Program-made: the position numbers and the translations under genes
NCBI GenBank assembly: GCA_963555815.3
Contig: CAUVWX020000002.1
Span: forward strand, 32,001 to 96,000
Direction: 5' to 3'
DNA from: a bacterium
GTDB lineage: Bacteria; UBA8248; JACPRG01; G963555815
Length of the DNA stretch: 64,000 bases
Part shown: positions 10,068-20,298 of the stretch, piece by piece
Layout: every line of letters starts with the position of its first letter
How positions within the stretch are numbered: position 1 is the stretch's first letter
The notes under the pieces: model-generated
Seen by the model: only the letters and a program-made list of their open reading frames with translations
The model's database searches: none
Told to the model about the DNA's origin: nothing

Positions 10068-10346
10068 TCACTCGAGGGCATCGATCTCCTTGGCAAGCTT
10101 GAAATCCCGTTCCGTCAATCCCCCTGAGTCGTGGGTCGTCAAGAGAAGGTGCACCCGTCGGTAATTGATGGTGATGTCCGGGTGGTGGTTGGCGGTCTCG
10201 GCAAGTGCAGCCACCTTATTCACAAAGGCTATGGCCGGCATAAAAGATTCGTGTTCAAAAGTTTTGATGATGGTATCCTCCTCCCGTTTCCACCCACTCA
10301 GGGTCTGCAGCCCTTTAGCGATCTCGGCTTCCGTCAGTTTAGCCAT
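10068..10346 (-). CDS. phhB: pterin-4-alpha-carbinolamine dehydratase
   Basis: AE.ANHHPDI, LTTHDSGGLTERD..LA. Confidence 0.9.
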   Translation of the reverse strand: MAKLTEAEIAKGLQTLSGWKREEDTIIKTFEHESFMPAIAFVNKVAALAETANHHPDITINYRRVHLLLTTHDSGGLTERDFKLAKEIDALE

Positions 10347-10417
10347 GTACCGATCCTCCCCCTTTTCCTTTTAACGCATCTTTGTGGTCTGGGTCAACGC
10401 CTCCTGTCCCACCTCCG

Positions 10418-11626
10418 CTATGTGAGCGAGGTGCACAATTCGGCGAGGTCGAAGCCCTCGAGCTGCTCGCAGACTGTCCGATTGAACTTCCCTGCCACCC
10501 ACCCATCCACCAGCCGGTGGTCCACCGTGAGGGAAAGCCCCATCCGGTCCCGAACCGCCGTTGATCCATCCGGGAGGGCCACCACCTCCTTTTGAATTGC
10601 CCCCGCGCCCAGGATGGCCGCCTCAGGGGGGTTAATCAGGGGGGTGCCAAAGAGGCTCCCTGTGGCGCCCACATTGGTCAGGGTGAAGGTCCCCCCGGCC
10701 GCCTCCTCGGGACGGAGATTCCCTTGATGAGCCCGGTCCGAAAGGGTCTGGATGGCCTTGGCGAGATCGACAAAGCTGAGCCCTTGGGCATCCCGGACGA
10801 CGGGGACGATCAGGCCCTCCGCCAGCGCCACCGCGATCCCGAGGTGAACCGCCTTGAAGTGGAAGATGGCCTCTTCGCCCCAACGGCTATTCAGGACTCG
10901 AAACTCCGGCTTTGAGAGGGCCATGAGGGTGGCCCGGGCGATGAACGGCGTGTAGGTTAGGCGCACCCCTGTCCGGGCAAAAAAATTCTCGCTGTTCTCT
11001 CGTCTCCACGCAACGATGGTGGACAGGTCAGCCACATCGAGGGTGGTGAACTGAGGGGTGGTCCTGGCGCTCTCAATCATCCGCTCCGCAATCCGCCGGC
11101 GCATTCGGCTCAAGGGGATTCGGTCGGCCTCTTCGGGAGAGGGCTCTGCCCTCCCAGTAGGCCTCCCCTTTAGATATTTTTGTAGGTCCTCTTCTGTGAC
11201 GCGTCCCCCACGCCCCGTCCCCGAGAGTTTTGAGAGCTCCTCAAGTCCTACACCGGACTCGGCGGCGAGGCGCTTCACCCTCGGAGAGAGAAAACCCCGC
11301 CTCTCACCGGCTTCTTTCTGAGGGGCTTTCTCAGCCGGTGGAGCGACTGGGGCCACTTCCTCCTCGGGCGAGATGACCTCCTCCGTCTCGATAAGGGCGA
11401 GGGCCTCCCCCACTGGGACGGTCTTTTCGGCTGCCACCAGGATCTTGGCGAGACGACCCTCGTAAGGGCTCTCCACCTCGAACTCCACCTTTGCGCTTTC
11501 GGCGGCCAGGAGGGGCTCACCTTTTTGAAGTTCGTCCCCCTCCTGCTTCAGCCATTGGGTGACAGTGCCCTCGTGGACGCTTGTCCCCATCCGGGGCATT
11601 AAGATTTGGGCGGTTGCCATGGACAC
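10418..11626 (-). CDS. 2-oxoacid dehydrogenase E2 (dihydrolipoamide acyltransferase)
   Basis: One lipoyl domain (ESAKV), E3-binding SPRVKRLA..GTGRGGRV, catalytic GGTFTLTN and DHRLVDG. Confidence 0.9.
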   Translation of the reverse strand: MSMATAQILMPRMGTSVHEGTVTQWLKQEGDELQKGEPLLAAESAKVEFEVESPYEGRLAKILVAAEKTVPVGEALALIETEEVISPEEEVAPVAPPAEKAPQKEAGERRGFLSPRVKRLAAESGVGLEELSKLSGTGRGGRVTEEDLQKYLKGRPTGRAEPSPEEADRIPLSRMRRRIAERMIESARTTPQFTTLDVADLSTIVAWRRENSENFFARTGVRLTYTPFIARATLMALSKPEFRVLNSRWGEEAIFHFKAVHLGIAVALAEGLIVPVVRDAQGLSFVDLAKAIQTLSDRAHQGNLRPEEAAGGTFTLTNVGATGSLFGTPLINPPEAAILGAGAIQKEVVALPDGSTAVRDRMGLSLTVDHRLVDGWVAGKFNRTVCEQLEGFDLAELCTSLT

Positions 11627-11632
11627 AATTTC

Positions 11633-12631
11633 TCAATAGGCCGAAAGCTTTCGAAGGGCCTCAACGATCTTCTGCGTGTTCGGCAAGAAATACTCTTCCA
11701 GAGGAGGGCTGTAGGGGATCGGGGTGTCCAGGGCGCCGACCCTGTGAATGGGTGCATCTAGGGATTCAAAGGCCTCTTCGGCGATGAGGGCGGCCCATTC
11801 GGCTCCCACCCCTCCGGTCTTGTGGTCCTCGTGCACAATGAGGACCCTTCCTGTCTTTTTGACGGAGGAGAGGATGAGCTCCCGGTCGAAGGGGAGGATC
11901 GAGCGAAGGTCCACCACCTCGACCTCAATCCCCTCGTCCGACAAGGTCTCGGCCGCCTGAAGGGCGTCGTAGAGGGTTGTCCCGTGGGTGATGATCGTGA
12001 GATGCTTCCCCTCCCGGATGATCCGGCCCTTCCCGATGGGGACCGTCCAGTCCCCCTCTGGAACCTCGGGGCGGAGGACTTCTGGGATCTGAGAGAGCGG
12101 GAGGTTGTAGAGCCTTTTGTATTCGAGGAAAAGGACGGGGTTGTTGTCCCGAATCGCGGCCTTGAGGAGGCCTTTGGCGTCGTAGGGGGTGGCGGGCGCC
12201 ACCACCTTGAGGCCGGGTGTGTGGTAGAACCAGGCCTCCGGGTTGTGGGAGTGATAAGGCCCTGCGCTCTTCAGTGCCCCCGCAGGCAGCCGGATCGTGA
12301 TGGGGACCGGACCTGCCCCCCGGAAGTGAGCCCCGGCGGCATAGTCGACGAGCATCTTGAAAGTCTCGGTAATAAAATCGGCAAATTGCATCTCCACTAC
12401 GGCACGAAGGCCCTTGTGAGCCGCCCCCACTGCCGCCCCAACGAATCCGCTCTCGGCAAGAGGGGCGTCCACCACCCGCATGGCCCCAAAGGCATCGAGG
12501 AACCCCTTCGTCACGCCGAAGGCCCCGCCCCCGAGACCGATGTCCTCCCCGATGAGGTAGACCTCGGGGTCTCTTTTCATCTCCTCCCAAAGGGCTGTTG
12601 TGATGGCCTGCCGGTAGGTGAGCTGTGCCAT
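11633..12631 (-). CDS. 2-oxoacid dehydrogenase E1 beta subunit
   Basis: GEDIG..GGAF, EMQFADF, YHS..PEAWF, PGLKVVAP, EVVDLRS. Confidence 0.92.
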   Translation of the reverse strand: MAQLTYRQAITTALWEEMKRDPEVYLIGEDIGLGGGAFGVTKGFLDAFGAMRVVDAPLAESGFVGAAVGAAHKGLRAVVEMQFADFITETFKMLVDYAAGAHFRGAGPVPITIRLPAGALKSAGPYHSHNPEAWFYHTPGLKVVAPATPYDAKGLLKAAIRDNNPVLFLEYKRLYNLPLSQIPEVLRPEVPEGDWTVPIGKGRIIREGKHLTIITHGTTLYDALQAAETLSDEGIEVEVVDLRSILPFDRELILSSVKKTGRVLIVHEDHKTGGVGAEWAALIAEEAFESLDAPIHRVGALDTPIPYSPPLEEYFLPNTQKIVEALRKLSAY

Positions 12632-12683
12632 ATTCCTTTAGTCACAAGCCCTGGATGGAGCCGGATGCCCGTCTAAAATCCGC

Positions 12684-13856
12684 TTAAGTGGCATAGACGT
12701 CTTCCAGGATGTCCGGCCCTTGGGGAAAGGGGCTTTTTTTGGCGAAGGCCACGGCCTCGGCGAGTTCCCGGTCGATCCGGGCGTGAAGATGAGAAATTTG
12801 TTCCTCTGTGATCTTCTCTTTTTTGAGTCTCGCCTCGAAAAGTCGCACCGGGTCGATGGCATCCCAGGCCGAAATCTCTTCCTTTGGAACATAGTCCTGG
12901 TAGGCGTCGTAGATAGAGTGTCCGCAGGCCCGGGGGTTGACCGACTCGATGAGAATAGGCCCTTCCCCCAAGCGGGCCCGCGAAAGTGCCTCTCTTGTGA
13001 TCTCATAGACTCCGAGGACATCTGTCCCGTCGATGAGGTAGCCCGGGGTGCCATAGCCGATGGCACGGAGGGCGAGATTCTTGCAGGCGTACTGCAGACG
13101 TATGGGTGTTTTATAGGCCCAAAAATTGTTCTCCAAAATGAGGACCAACGGGAGTTTGTGAACCGCGGCGAAATTGAACCCCTCGTGAAAGTCCCCTGTG
13201 GAGCTCGCCCCATCCCCGCTCATGGCGAGGACAGCGCTCCCATCCCCTCGGTATTTGGCCGCAAAGGCCGCCCCCGCCGCGACCGGGATCATGGTCCCGA
13301 TGTGACTGATGAGCTGAAAGATATTAAGGGAGCGGTCAGCATAGTGGATCTCTCGGCCCCGGTTGATCCCACCCTCCCGGCCCAGATACTGGGCCATGAG
13401 GGGTTTGAGAGCCTGGCCTCGGACAAGGTGGGACGGGAGATTCCGGTGCATCGGCACCAACGTGTCCTCGGGTCGAAGGGCATAGCTGCTTCCCACGGAG
13501 AGGGCCTCGTTCCCCCGACCAAAGAAAGCGGTCCCCGGGATGAGACCCTGACGAAAGAGCTCCCCTATCCGTTCCTCAAAGGCGCGGCCAAGGGCCATGA
13601 AATAGTAGAGTTGGCGAAAATCATTTTCGGCGAGATCGAGGGTCTGGGGGGATTTTGGGCGCCAAGCGATGCGAAGGCCGTTGATCGTCAGGTGGCGGTC
13701 TCGAAGGTCCCTAAAATAGTCGAGATGGTCTAGCTCTGCCTCGTTGACCGGGGTTTCCGATGGGGCCACCGCCCGTTCCATCAAGAGATTCCTTTTCGAT
13801 GCAGAGAATCCCCGTCTCAGCGCGTCATCAAAGGAACACTCGCCTGCCAAGTCCAT
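12684..13856 (-). CDS. 2-oxoacid dehydrogenase E1 alpha subunit
   Basis: TPP motif GDGASSTGDFHEGFNFA...ENN, GHS; start may be 13781. Confidence 0.9.
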   Translation of the reverse strand: MDLAGECSFDDALRRGFSASKRNLLMERAVAPSETPVNEAELDHLDYFRDLRDRHLTINGLRIAWRPKSPQTLDLAENDFRQLYYFMALGRAFEERIGELFRQGLIPGTAFFGRGNEALSVGSSYALRPEDTLVPMHRNLPSHLVRGQALKPLMAQYLGREGGINRGREIHYADRSLNIFQLISHIGTMIPVAAGAAFAAKYRGDGSAVLAMSGDGASSTGDFHEGFNFAAVHKLPLVLILENNFWAYKTPIRLQYACKNLALRAIGYGTPGYLIDGTDVLGVYEITREALSRARLGEGPILIESVNPRACGHSIYDAYQDYVPKEEISAWDAIDPVRLFEARLKKEKITEEQISHLHARIDRELAEAVAFAKKSPFPQGPDILEDVYAT

Positions 13857-13917
13857 TCATCCTACCCCAAAGGGGGACCCACTTCAAACGACCACGGAGA
13901 TGGGGATTTGGGCGGGG

Positions 13918-13946
13918 TTGGCGATTGGAACGGTCTGGGATAGAAT
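13918..13946 (+). promoter_or_regulatory. sigma70-type promoter for the chdC-like gene
   Basis: TTGGCG-N17-TAGAAT. Confidence 0.5.
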
Positions 13947-14021
13947 GAAAAAAATTCAAGAGGATGGGCACAGGTGTTCGGAAAGAAACCCCGGTCTCCT
14001 TCGCAATCAGGAGCGACAAGA

Positions 14022-14759
14022 ATGAAAGCTCAGGAAGTTGGTTTGAGAGCACGGCCTAAACCGGCCCAGGGCAAGAAGGGTCGTCGCCAGGTCATAACTT
14101 TCACCTTTTACCAGGTCGATCCGGCCTGGCGGCGTCTAGAGGAAAAAGAACGTGAGCGGGGAAAGGAGGAGCTCATTCAGATCCTCCGGGAATACGCGAA
14201 GGGTCTCATCATTCGGAGCTACTCCCTGGTCGGGCTGAGGGCCAACTGTGACTTTCTGCTCTGGCGGATCGGGGAGGATCTGGAAACCTTGCAGGAGATG
14301 AGTGCCAAACTTCTCAAGACGGGGCTTGGGAAGTACCTCACCGTTGCCTACTCCTATCTAGCCATGTCCAAGGTCTCACAGTACGAGGACAAGATGAACC
14401 CTGAACACAGCAAAGAACGGGAGCGGCTCACACCCTCAGGTGCGCGCTATATCTTCGTTTATCCCTTTGTGAAGCAGCGAGCGTGGTATGCGCTGCCGTA
14501 CAAAGAGCGCCAGCGGATTATGGACGAGCATATCGCGGTCGGCAGCCGCTTTCCCTCCGTCAAGCTCAGCACCAGCTATTCCTTTGGTCTGGACGACCAG
14601 GAGTTTATGTTGGCTTTTGAGAGTGACCATCCCGGGGACTTCCTGGACCTGGTGATGGAGCTTCGTGGAAGCGAGTCCAGCCGCTTCACGGAACAGGACA
14701 CCCCCATCTTCACTGGAATCGCCCGAAGCTTCGAAGAGACCTTGGACCTGCTGGGATAG
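14022..14759 (+). CDS. chlorite dismutase family protein, coproheme decarboxylase (ChdC/HemQ)-like
   Basis: YSLVGLR..CD, VYPFVK..WY.LP..ER..IM.EH, YSFGLDDQEF; AGGAG SD before ATG 14022. Confidence 0.8.
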   Translation: MKAQEVGLRARPKPAQGKKGRRQVITFTFYQVDPAWRRLEEKERERGKEELIQILREYAKGLIIRSYSLVGLRANCDFLLWRIGEDLETLQEMSAKLLKTGLGKYLTVAYSYLAMSKVSQYEDKMNPEHSKERERLTPSGARYIFVYPFVKQRAWYALPYKERQRIMDEHIAVGSRFPSVKLSTSYSFGLDDQEFMLAFESDHPGDFLDLVMELRGSESSRFTEQDTPIFTGIARSFEETLDLLG

Positions 14760-14774
14760 GCGAGAAAAGAGGGC

Positions 14775-15851
14775 TCAGGATTTTTTAGATGGCCCTTCTG
14801 CGATAGCCCGCCGGATAGTTGCCACCAGACCCTCAAAATCCTCATCGGGGCCCTCCATGGCCTCGGCGACCACTCGGACGGCCCCTGGCCCAGACTCCCC
14901 CAACCCCACCTCAACGGCGCGGCGGATCTGCCGCTGAGCCCACACAGAGGTGTCTCCCACCCTTCGCCACCTGGCGAAGTGTTTGATGAGGCCGAGCCCC
15001 GCGACATCCAGGGCCACGAGGTTCCCGCTCGCCATGACGAGCCGGGTGGGCACCGCCTCTCCACTCCAGGGGCCTCCCGCGATCATGCTCTGGGTCCCAT
15101 CCGCAACGATCAGATGGGGCTGGGCGGCGAGGTTCACCTCGGCGATGATCTCCTCCCACTGGGGGGAGCCATAAAGAGAGGGGCGGTTTCGGGGGTGGAC
15201 CAGTCCGATGGTGTTCTTGAGGGAGATGCTGTAGGTGGCCGAGCGGTGGGTCTTGATGACGGGAACGCTCACCAGCCGTTCCGCCTCCAGGGCCACCCGG
15301 GCGAAGAAAAAGCTCTTGGCGAACTGGGCCTCCTTCGGGCTGACCTTCACCCAAGGGCCGTCGTCGAAGTCGATTACCTCGGCTCCCGCCTCTTCTGCCG
15401 CCTGCCGAATGCCGGTCGCCTCGATATTCTTCCGCGTTGGAAGCGTGAGAAAGGCCGACATGTCACCCACCTGGACCTTCCTTGCCCCCGCCTCGAGGAG
15501 CATCGTGACCACTGCGGCGACCACCGCCGGGCTCGTCGTGGAGGGGGGCGGCTGGGACGCCACGACGTTCGGCTTGACGAGGACCTGGCGGCCCCTCACG
15601 TCCAGGCGCTCGATCCCGCCCAGGAGGTCCACCGCCCGTCTGACCATGGCCTCGGGGTCATTGCCCCGGACGATGGAGACGGGGTTCTCTCCAGCCCGGC
15701 CAAAAAGGGTGGGGGAGGGGGCCCGGGGGGCGACTTCCTCCCCCTTTGGGCTGAAGAGGAGCTGTCGCAGGATCGCCCGAGGCCGTGGGAGAAAGAGGGC
15801 CCCGAGGGCAAGTAGGGCGAGATAGAGCCAGGCGCGCCGGCTAAATTTCAA
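14775..15851 (-). CDS. DUF362 domain protein with N-terminal membrane/Tat-like anchor
   Basis: VLVKPNVV, TTSP.VV.AV, VPVIKTH, ISLKN..G, VALD; N-terminus SRRAW plus hydrophobic stretch. Confidence 0.75.
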   Translation of the reverse strand: MKFSRRAWLYLALLALGALFLPRPRAILRQLLFSPKGEEVAPRAPSPTLFGRAGENPVSIVRGNDPEAMVRRAVDLLGGIERLDVRGRQVLVKPNVVASQPPPSTTSPAVVAAVVTMLLEAGARKVQVGDMSAFLTLPTRKNIEATGIRQAAEEAGAEVIDFDDGPWVKVSPKEAQFAKSFFFARVALEAERLVSVPVIKTHRSATYSISLKNTIGLVHPRNRPSLYGSPQWEEIIAEVNLAAQPHLIVADGTQSMIAGGPWSGEAVPTRLVMASGNLVALDVAGLGLIKHFARWRRVGDTSVWAQRQIRRAVEVGLGESGPGAVRVVAEAMEGPDEDFEGLVATIRRAIAEGPSKKS

Positions 15852-15975
15852 GACGCATTTCCTAAATGAGGCAATCAGGATTTTAGTTTTTAAAGAGAAG
15901 TGATTTTGACTGTAGAAAAGGGATTTGGCAAGCGTGAGATGAATGGGGGGCCGGTGAGGGCGATATCAAAGACGT

Positions 15976-16020
15976 GGGGCCTCTCTTCGCTCGGACGGTC
16001 AGTCGGCGAAGAGAGGCCCC
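15976..16020 (-). terminator. strong hairpin downstream of ftsZ (end of dcw transcript)
   Basis: 15-bp perfect inverted repeat GGGGCCTCTCTTCGC / GCGAAGAGAGGCCCC; weak U-tract. Confidence 0.6.
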
Positions 16021-16066
16021 CACTCCTCACGAGGCCCCTGTCAAATGGCGGGGCTAGATCTCTTTT

Positions 16067-17203
16067 TTAGTCTGGCTTCTTCCGCAAAAAGGTCGGTATG
16101 TCGAGCTCGTCCTCCTCGTAGGGTTGGTAGGCGAGAGCGCCGCTCGTCGGCAGGCTAACCCGGGAGGGGAGTCCCCTTCGGACATGGGTTGGGATGTCGA
16201 GGTTCTCGCGGGAGACTGACCGAAGGTGCCGCTCGCCCCTCACCTCGTCTCCAAATCCGGTGGCGATGACGGTGACCCGGATATTCTCCTTCATCTCTTC
16301 TTCGATGACGGCCCCGAAGATGATGTGGGCGTCGTCGTGGGACGCCTCCTGAACGAGGGTCGCCGCCTCGTTGGTCTCGTATAGCGTGAGGTCAGGGCCG
16401 CCGGTGACGTTGATGAGGATCCCCTGTGCTCCCTGGATGGAGGACTCCTCCAAGAGGGGGCTGGAGATGGCCCGCTGGGCTGCCTCCACCGCCCGATTTT
16501 CGCCTGATGCCGTCCCCGTCCCCATGAGGGCCATGCCCATGTCGACCATGATGGTTTTAACATCTGCGAAGTCCAGGTTAATGAGCCCCGGGACGGTGAC
16601 GAGGTCAGAGATCCCCTGGACGGCCTGGCGAAGGACGTCATTTGCGACGCGGAAGGCTTCGGTCAGGGTCGTGTTGCGCGCGATGACGTTCAGAAGCCGC
16701 TGGTTTGGGACGGTGATGACGGTGTCGCAGGCTTCCTTGAGTTCCTTGAGCCCTGCGTCAGCCTGCGAAAGGCGCTTTTTCCCCTCAAAGAGGAAAGGTT
16801 TCGTCACCACGGCGACAGTGAGGGCTCCACGGTCTTTCGCAATTTCGGCGATGACAGGGGCCGCCCCGGTCCCTGTCCCTCCCCCCATACCGGCCGTCAA
16901 GAAGACCATGTCGCTCCCCGCCAGCATGTCCGAGACGCGCTCTGCGTCCTCTAGAGCGGCCTTTCGCCCGAGCTCGGGGTTGGCCCCAGTCCCGAGTCCC
17001 ATGGTGGACTGGGTTCCCAACTGGAGCTTCGTGGGAGCAGGTGAGCTGTGGAGGGCCTGGAGATCTGTATTGGCGGCGATGAAATCCACGCCCTGCACCC
17101 CGAAGGCGATCATAGCGCTAACGGCGTTCCCACCCGCGCCACCGATGCCGATGACCTTCAGCTTTGCCCCGATATGGAGATCTTCTCCCAGTTCAAAGAG
17201 CAT
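16067..17203 (-). CDS. ftsZ: cell division protein FtsZ
   Basis: [24 protein letters not shown]-terminal LDIPTFLRK. Confidence 0.99.
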   Translation of the reverse strand: MLFELGEDLHIGAKLKVIGIGGAGGNAVSAMIAFGVQGVDFIAANTDLQALHSSPAPTKLQLGTQSTMGLGTGANPELGRKAALEDAERVSDMLAGSDMVFLTAGMGGGTGTGAAPVIAEIAKDRGALTVAVVTKPFLFEGKKRLSQADAGLKELKEACDTVITVPNQRLLNVIARNTTLTEAFRVANDVLRQAVQGISDLVTVPGLINLDFADVKTIMVDMGMALMGTGTASGENRAVEAAQRAISSPLLEESSIQGAQGILINVTGGPDLTLYETNEAATLVQEASHDDAHIIFGAVIEEEMKENIRVTVIATGFGDEVRGERHLRSVSRENLDIPTHVRRGLPSRVSLPTSGALAYQPYEEDELDIPTFLRKKPD

Positions 17204-17247
17204 GTCGTCTCCCCCTTTGTGCGATATCCGACAGAAAGGTTCCTCCC

Positions 17248-18507
17248 CTATGTCCGAAACACCTGGTCAAACCGCCCCCGCTTGAAAGGTTTCCACCACC
17301 TCCGATAGAGGATCGACGGAAATCGGCTTCCCTCTCCATTGAGGCGCCACTGACGTCCTTTGAGTCTTTCCGACTGGCCGTAAAGGAGTAGGCCTACGGC
17401 GGTGGAATGGACGGGGCTTCGGACGTGCTGGACCAGCCCTCCGCCCATCCCCATGGGGACTCCCAGGCGGATCGGGAGCCCAAGGATCTCTTCGGCGAAC
17501 TCCGTCATCCCTGCCATGAGGGTAGTCCCGCCGGTCAGAACGAGGCCCGAGGCGATGAGATCCTTATAGCCGTTCTTTTGAATTTCTTGGCGGACCACCT
17601 GCAAGATCTCCTCCAGTCGGAGTTCGATGATCTCGCAAAGGATCCGTCGGGAGAGGATGCGAGGCTCCCGGCCTCCGACACTCGGGACCTCAAGTGTTTC
17701 CTCCCGGTCCACCTGAGTCGAGCTGGCGCACCCAGATCGCCGCTTGATGCGCTCGGCTTCATGGGTGGGCGTGCGAAGTCCGATGGCGATGTCCCGGGTG
17801 ACATGGTCCCCCCCCAGGGGGATGACAGAGGTGTATCGGATGGCGGCATCGTAGAAGACGGCGATGTCAGTCGTCCCACCTCCGATATCCACCAAGGCCA
17901 CCCCGAGCTCTCGTTCATCGTCGGTGAGGCAGGAGAGGCTCGAGGCCAGCTGCTCCAGGACGAAATCCTTCACCTCTAGACCTGCTTGCTCCACGCTCCG
18001 GACGAGGTTTTGGGCGGCTGTCGCGGCCCCCGTCACGATGTGGACCTTTCCCTCCAGGCGGATGGCCGAGATCCCATGGGGGTCCCGGATCCCGTTCTGG
18101 TGGTCCACGACATATTCCTGAGGCAGGACATGAATCACCTCGTGGTCCTGGGGCACGTTGACGGCCCGGGCCGCTTCCAAGACCCGCGACACGTCATCAG
18201 AAGTCACCTGGCGGCCCTTGACGGCGACAATCCCATGGCTGTTAAAGCTCCGGATGTGGCTCCCCGCGATTCCAACGTGAACATCGTGGACCTTGACGTT
18301 TGCCATTCGTTCGGCCTCGTCTACCGCCGAGGCGATGGACTCGACCGTTTGCTCCATGTTGACGACAACGCCCCTTCGGAGTCCCCGCGAGGGGTGGGTC
18401 CCCACGCCGAGGATGTCCACCGTTCCCCCCTCGCCAGGGACCGCGATGAGGGCGCAGATCTTCGTTGTTCCCACGTCAAGGCCGACTATGTAGTCGCTCC
18501 GTTTCAC
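17248..18507 (-). CDS. ftsA: cell division protein FtsA
   Basis: [27 protein letters not shown] 18507 after GGAGG. Confidence 0.97.
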   Translation of the reverse strand: MKRSDYIVGLDVGTTKICALIAVPGEGGTVDILGVGTHPSRGLRRGVVVNMEQTVESIASAVDEAERMANVKVHDVHVGIAGSHIRSFNSHGIVAVKGRQVTSDDVSRVLEAARAVNVPQDHEVIHVLPQEYVVDHQNGIRDPHGISAIRLEGKVHIVTGAATAAQNLVRSVEQAGLEVKDFVLEQLASSLSCLTDDERELGVALVDIGGGTTDIAVFYDAAIRYTSVIPLGGDHVTRDIAIGLRTPTHEAERIKRRSGCASSTQVDREETLEVPSVGGREPRILSRRILCEIIELRLEEILQVVRQEIQKNGYKDLIASGLVLTGGTTLMAGMTEFAEEILGLPIRLGVPMGMGGGLVQHVRSPVHSTAVGLLLYGQSERLKGRQWRLNGEGSRFPSILYRRWWKPFKRGRFDQVFRT

Positions 18508-18511
18508 GTCC

Positions 18512-19369
18512 TTAGTTCCTCCGTCCCCTTTCAGAACCTTGGCGGACAACGGCACGGGGGCCCATGGAGAGGTCCACCTCTGCGGGCCAAGGATTTTTTG
18601 CCCAAAGAGAAAGGAGGGTCCCGAAGCGCCGCAGCCCCTGACGAAGATCCTCGCGCCCCAGGCGAAGGCGAGTTGTCTGGCCTTCCCTTCCTTCTATGTC
18701 TGTTGTCAAGGTCACTCCCTCCCTGAGATCCACTTCCTTCACACGCACCCCGAGGGGGCGAAAAGCATCAAAGAGCTGGAGGATTTCCAGGCCGATGGAG
18801 AGACCTTCGACCCCGCGTGGCTGTGACCCTTCGGAAAAATCGTCCAGGCTTGCCCCTTTCGCCAGGGGCGCGATGAGGACCGGGTATCTCTCTGAGCCTT
18901 CTCCCGCCCGGCCGAGAAGGGTGCCCTCTTCGTCCAGGAGAAGACCTCCTTTTCCCTGCAGGACCGCGGCCGGACGCCTCTCCTTCACCTCCACTTGCAG
19001 CCTCCCCGGGAGTTCACGCTGAAGTACCGCGGATCGGATCCAGGGATGACCTTCGAGCCTCCGCTTGAGGTCTTCAAGGTCGAGTTCCAGAAGGTTCGCC
19101 CCTTCGGGAAGGGCGAGCGTCCCGATGGCGACAGAGCGGCTGAGATGCTCAAGGCCCTTCACCATGACCTCTTGAAGGCGAAAATAGGGGCTCGCAAGGG
19201 CCCATCGGTAGGCCCCGAAGATGCTGAGCCCAAGCGTGACCAGGACGAAGACCCTAAGCGCCTTTCGGGCGGTGAGCTTGGCGCCAGCGCGAGAAGAGTC
19301 TCTCCGGGATCTGGGCTTTCTCCGGGTCCCCCCCCGTTTGTTTGCTTTCAAGGGGCGCCCTTTCTTCAT
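18512..19369 (-). CDS. ftsQ: cell division protein FtsQ/DivIB
   Basis: Basic N-terminus, one TM helix, POTRA (HPWIRSA...LPGRL.V.V.ER.P); position before ftsA. Confidence 0.88.
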   Translation of the reverse strand: MKKGRPLKANKRGGTRRKPRSRRDSSRAGAKLTARKALRVFVLVTLGLSIFGAYRWALASPYFRLQEVMVKGLEHLSRSVAIGTLALPEGANLLELDLEDLKRRLEGHPWIRSAVLQRELPGRLQVEVKERRPAAVLQGKGGLLLDEEGTLLGRAGEGSERYPVLIAPLAKGASLDDFSEGSQPRGVEGLSIGLEILQLFDAFRPLGVRVKEVDLREGVTLTTDIEGREGQTTRLRLGREDLRQGLRRFGTLLSLWAKNPWPAEVDLSMGPRAVVRQGSERGRRN

Positions 19370-20292
19370 GGGGCCTCTCCCACCCAGTGGATCTCGAGCT
19401 CCAGGCGCTCGCCCGCCGAGTCATTCACCTGCTTCTGGATGGCCCGGATGAGGGTCTCCACATTGGTTGCCGTTGCCCCTCCGCGGTTGATGATGAAATT
19501 GGCGTGGACGGCTGAAACCTCGGCACCCCCGACCCGCAGGCCCTTCAGCCCTGTCCTCTCAATCAACTCAGCTGCGTCGAAGGCCCCTTTAGGGTTCTTG
19601 AAGACTGACCCAGCGCTCGGCGAGGAAAGGGGCTGCGTATCTCGCCGTTGCCTGACTCGGCCTCGGATGTCCGCCATGACTTCCTTTCGGGGTCTATCCC
19701 GGAACCGGAGGACCGCCCCGACTAGCGCCCCTACCACAGGAAAGGCGGTCTTTCGGTAGCCAAACTCGATGTCCCTGCCCGGGACCAGCCAGAACTTTCC
19801 CTCTCCGTCTATCACGTCCACCGAGACGACAGCGTCTCCGATGAATTTAGTGGCTGTGCCGGCGTTCATGATGAGGGCCCCACCCAGGGTTCCGGGAACG
19901 CCCGCAAGATATTCGATCCCCCCGAGACCGCCCTCTGCGGCGCGAAGGAGAACGTCTGAGAGCCGGGCCCCGGCTCCCGCTCGGACCAGGGCTCCCTCTG
20001 ATGTCCGAGAGAGGATCTGGATTCCGTCGAACCCGCGTCCCAGGGTGATGACGATCCCGCGGACCCCTTGGTCCGAGACGAGGAGGTTGGTTCCCCCGCC
20101 GATGATGCGGACGGGGATCTGATCCGCATGGCCCCTTGAGAGAATTTCTTTAAGGGCTTCCATGTCATGGGGAGTCACCAGGGCCTCGGCCGGTCCCCCG
20201 ATCCGATATGAGGTGTGCTCCCCCAAGGGGGCATCGGTGCGAACCTCGGCGCGAAGTCGTCCGAGCCACTCCATCCAGTCTTTCCGCTCCAA
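19366..20292 (-). CDS. murB: UDP-N-acetylmuramate dehydrogenase
   Basis: IGGPA, GGGTNLLV, GVPGTLGGA..MNAG, PSAGSVFKNP, HANFIIN. Confidence 0.97.
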   Translation of the reverse strand: MERKDWMEWLGRLRAEVRTDAPLGEHTSYRIGGPAEALVTPHDMEALKEILSRGHADQIPVRIIGGGTNLLVSDQGVRGIVITLGRGFDGIQILSRTSEGALVRAGAGARLSDVLLRAAEGGLGGIEYLAGVPGTLGGALIMNAGTATKFIGDAVVSVDVIDGEGKFWLVPGRDIEFGYRKTAFPVVGALVGAVLRFRDRPRKEVMADIRGRVRQRRDTQPLSSPSAGSVFKNPKGAFDAAELIERTGLKGLRVGGAEVSAVHANFIINRGGATATNVETLIRAIQKQVNDSAGERLELEIHWVGEAP

Positions 20293-20298
20293 GGTCCC

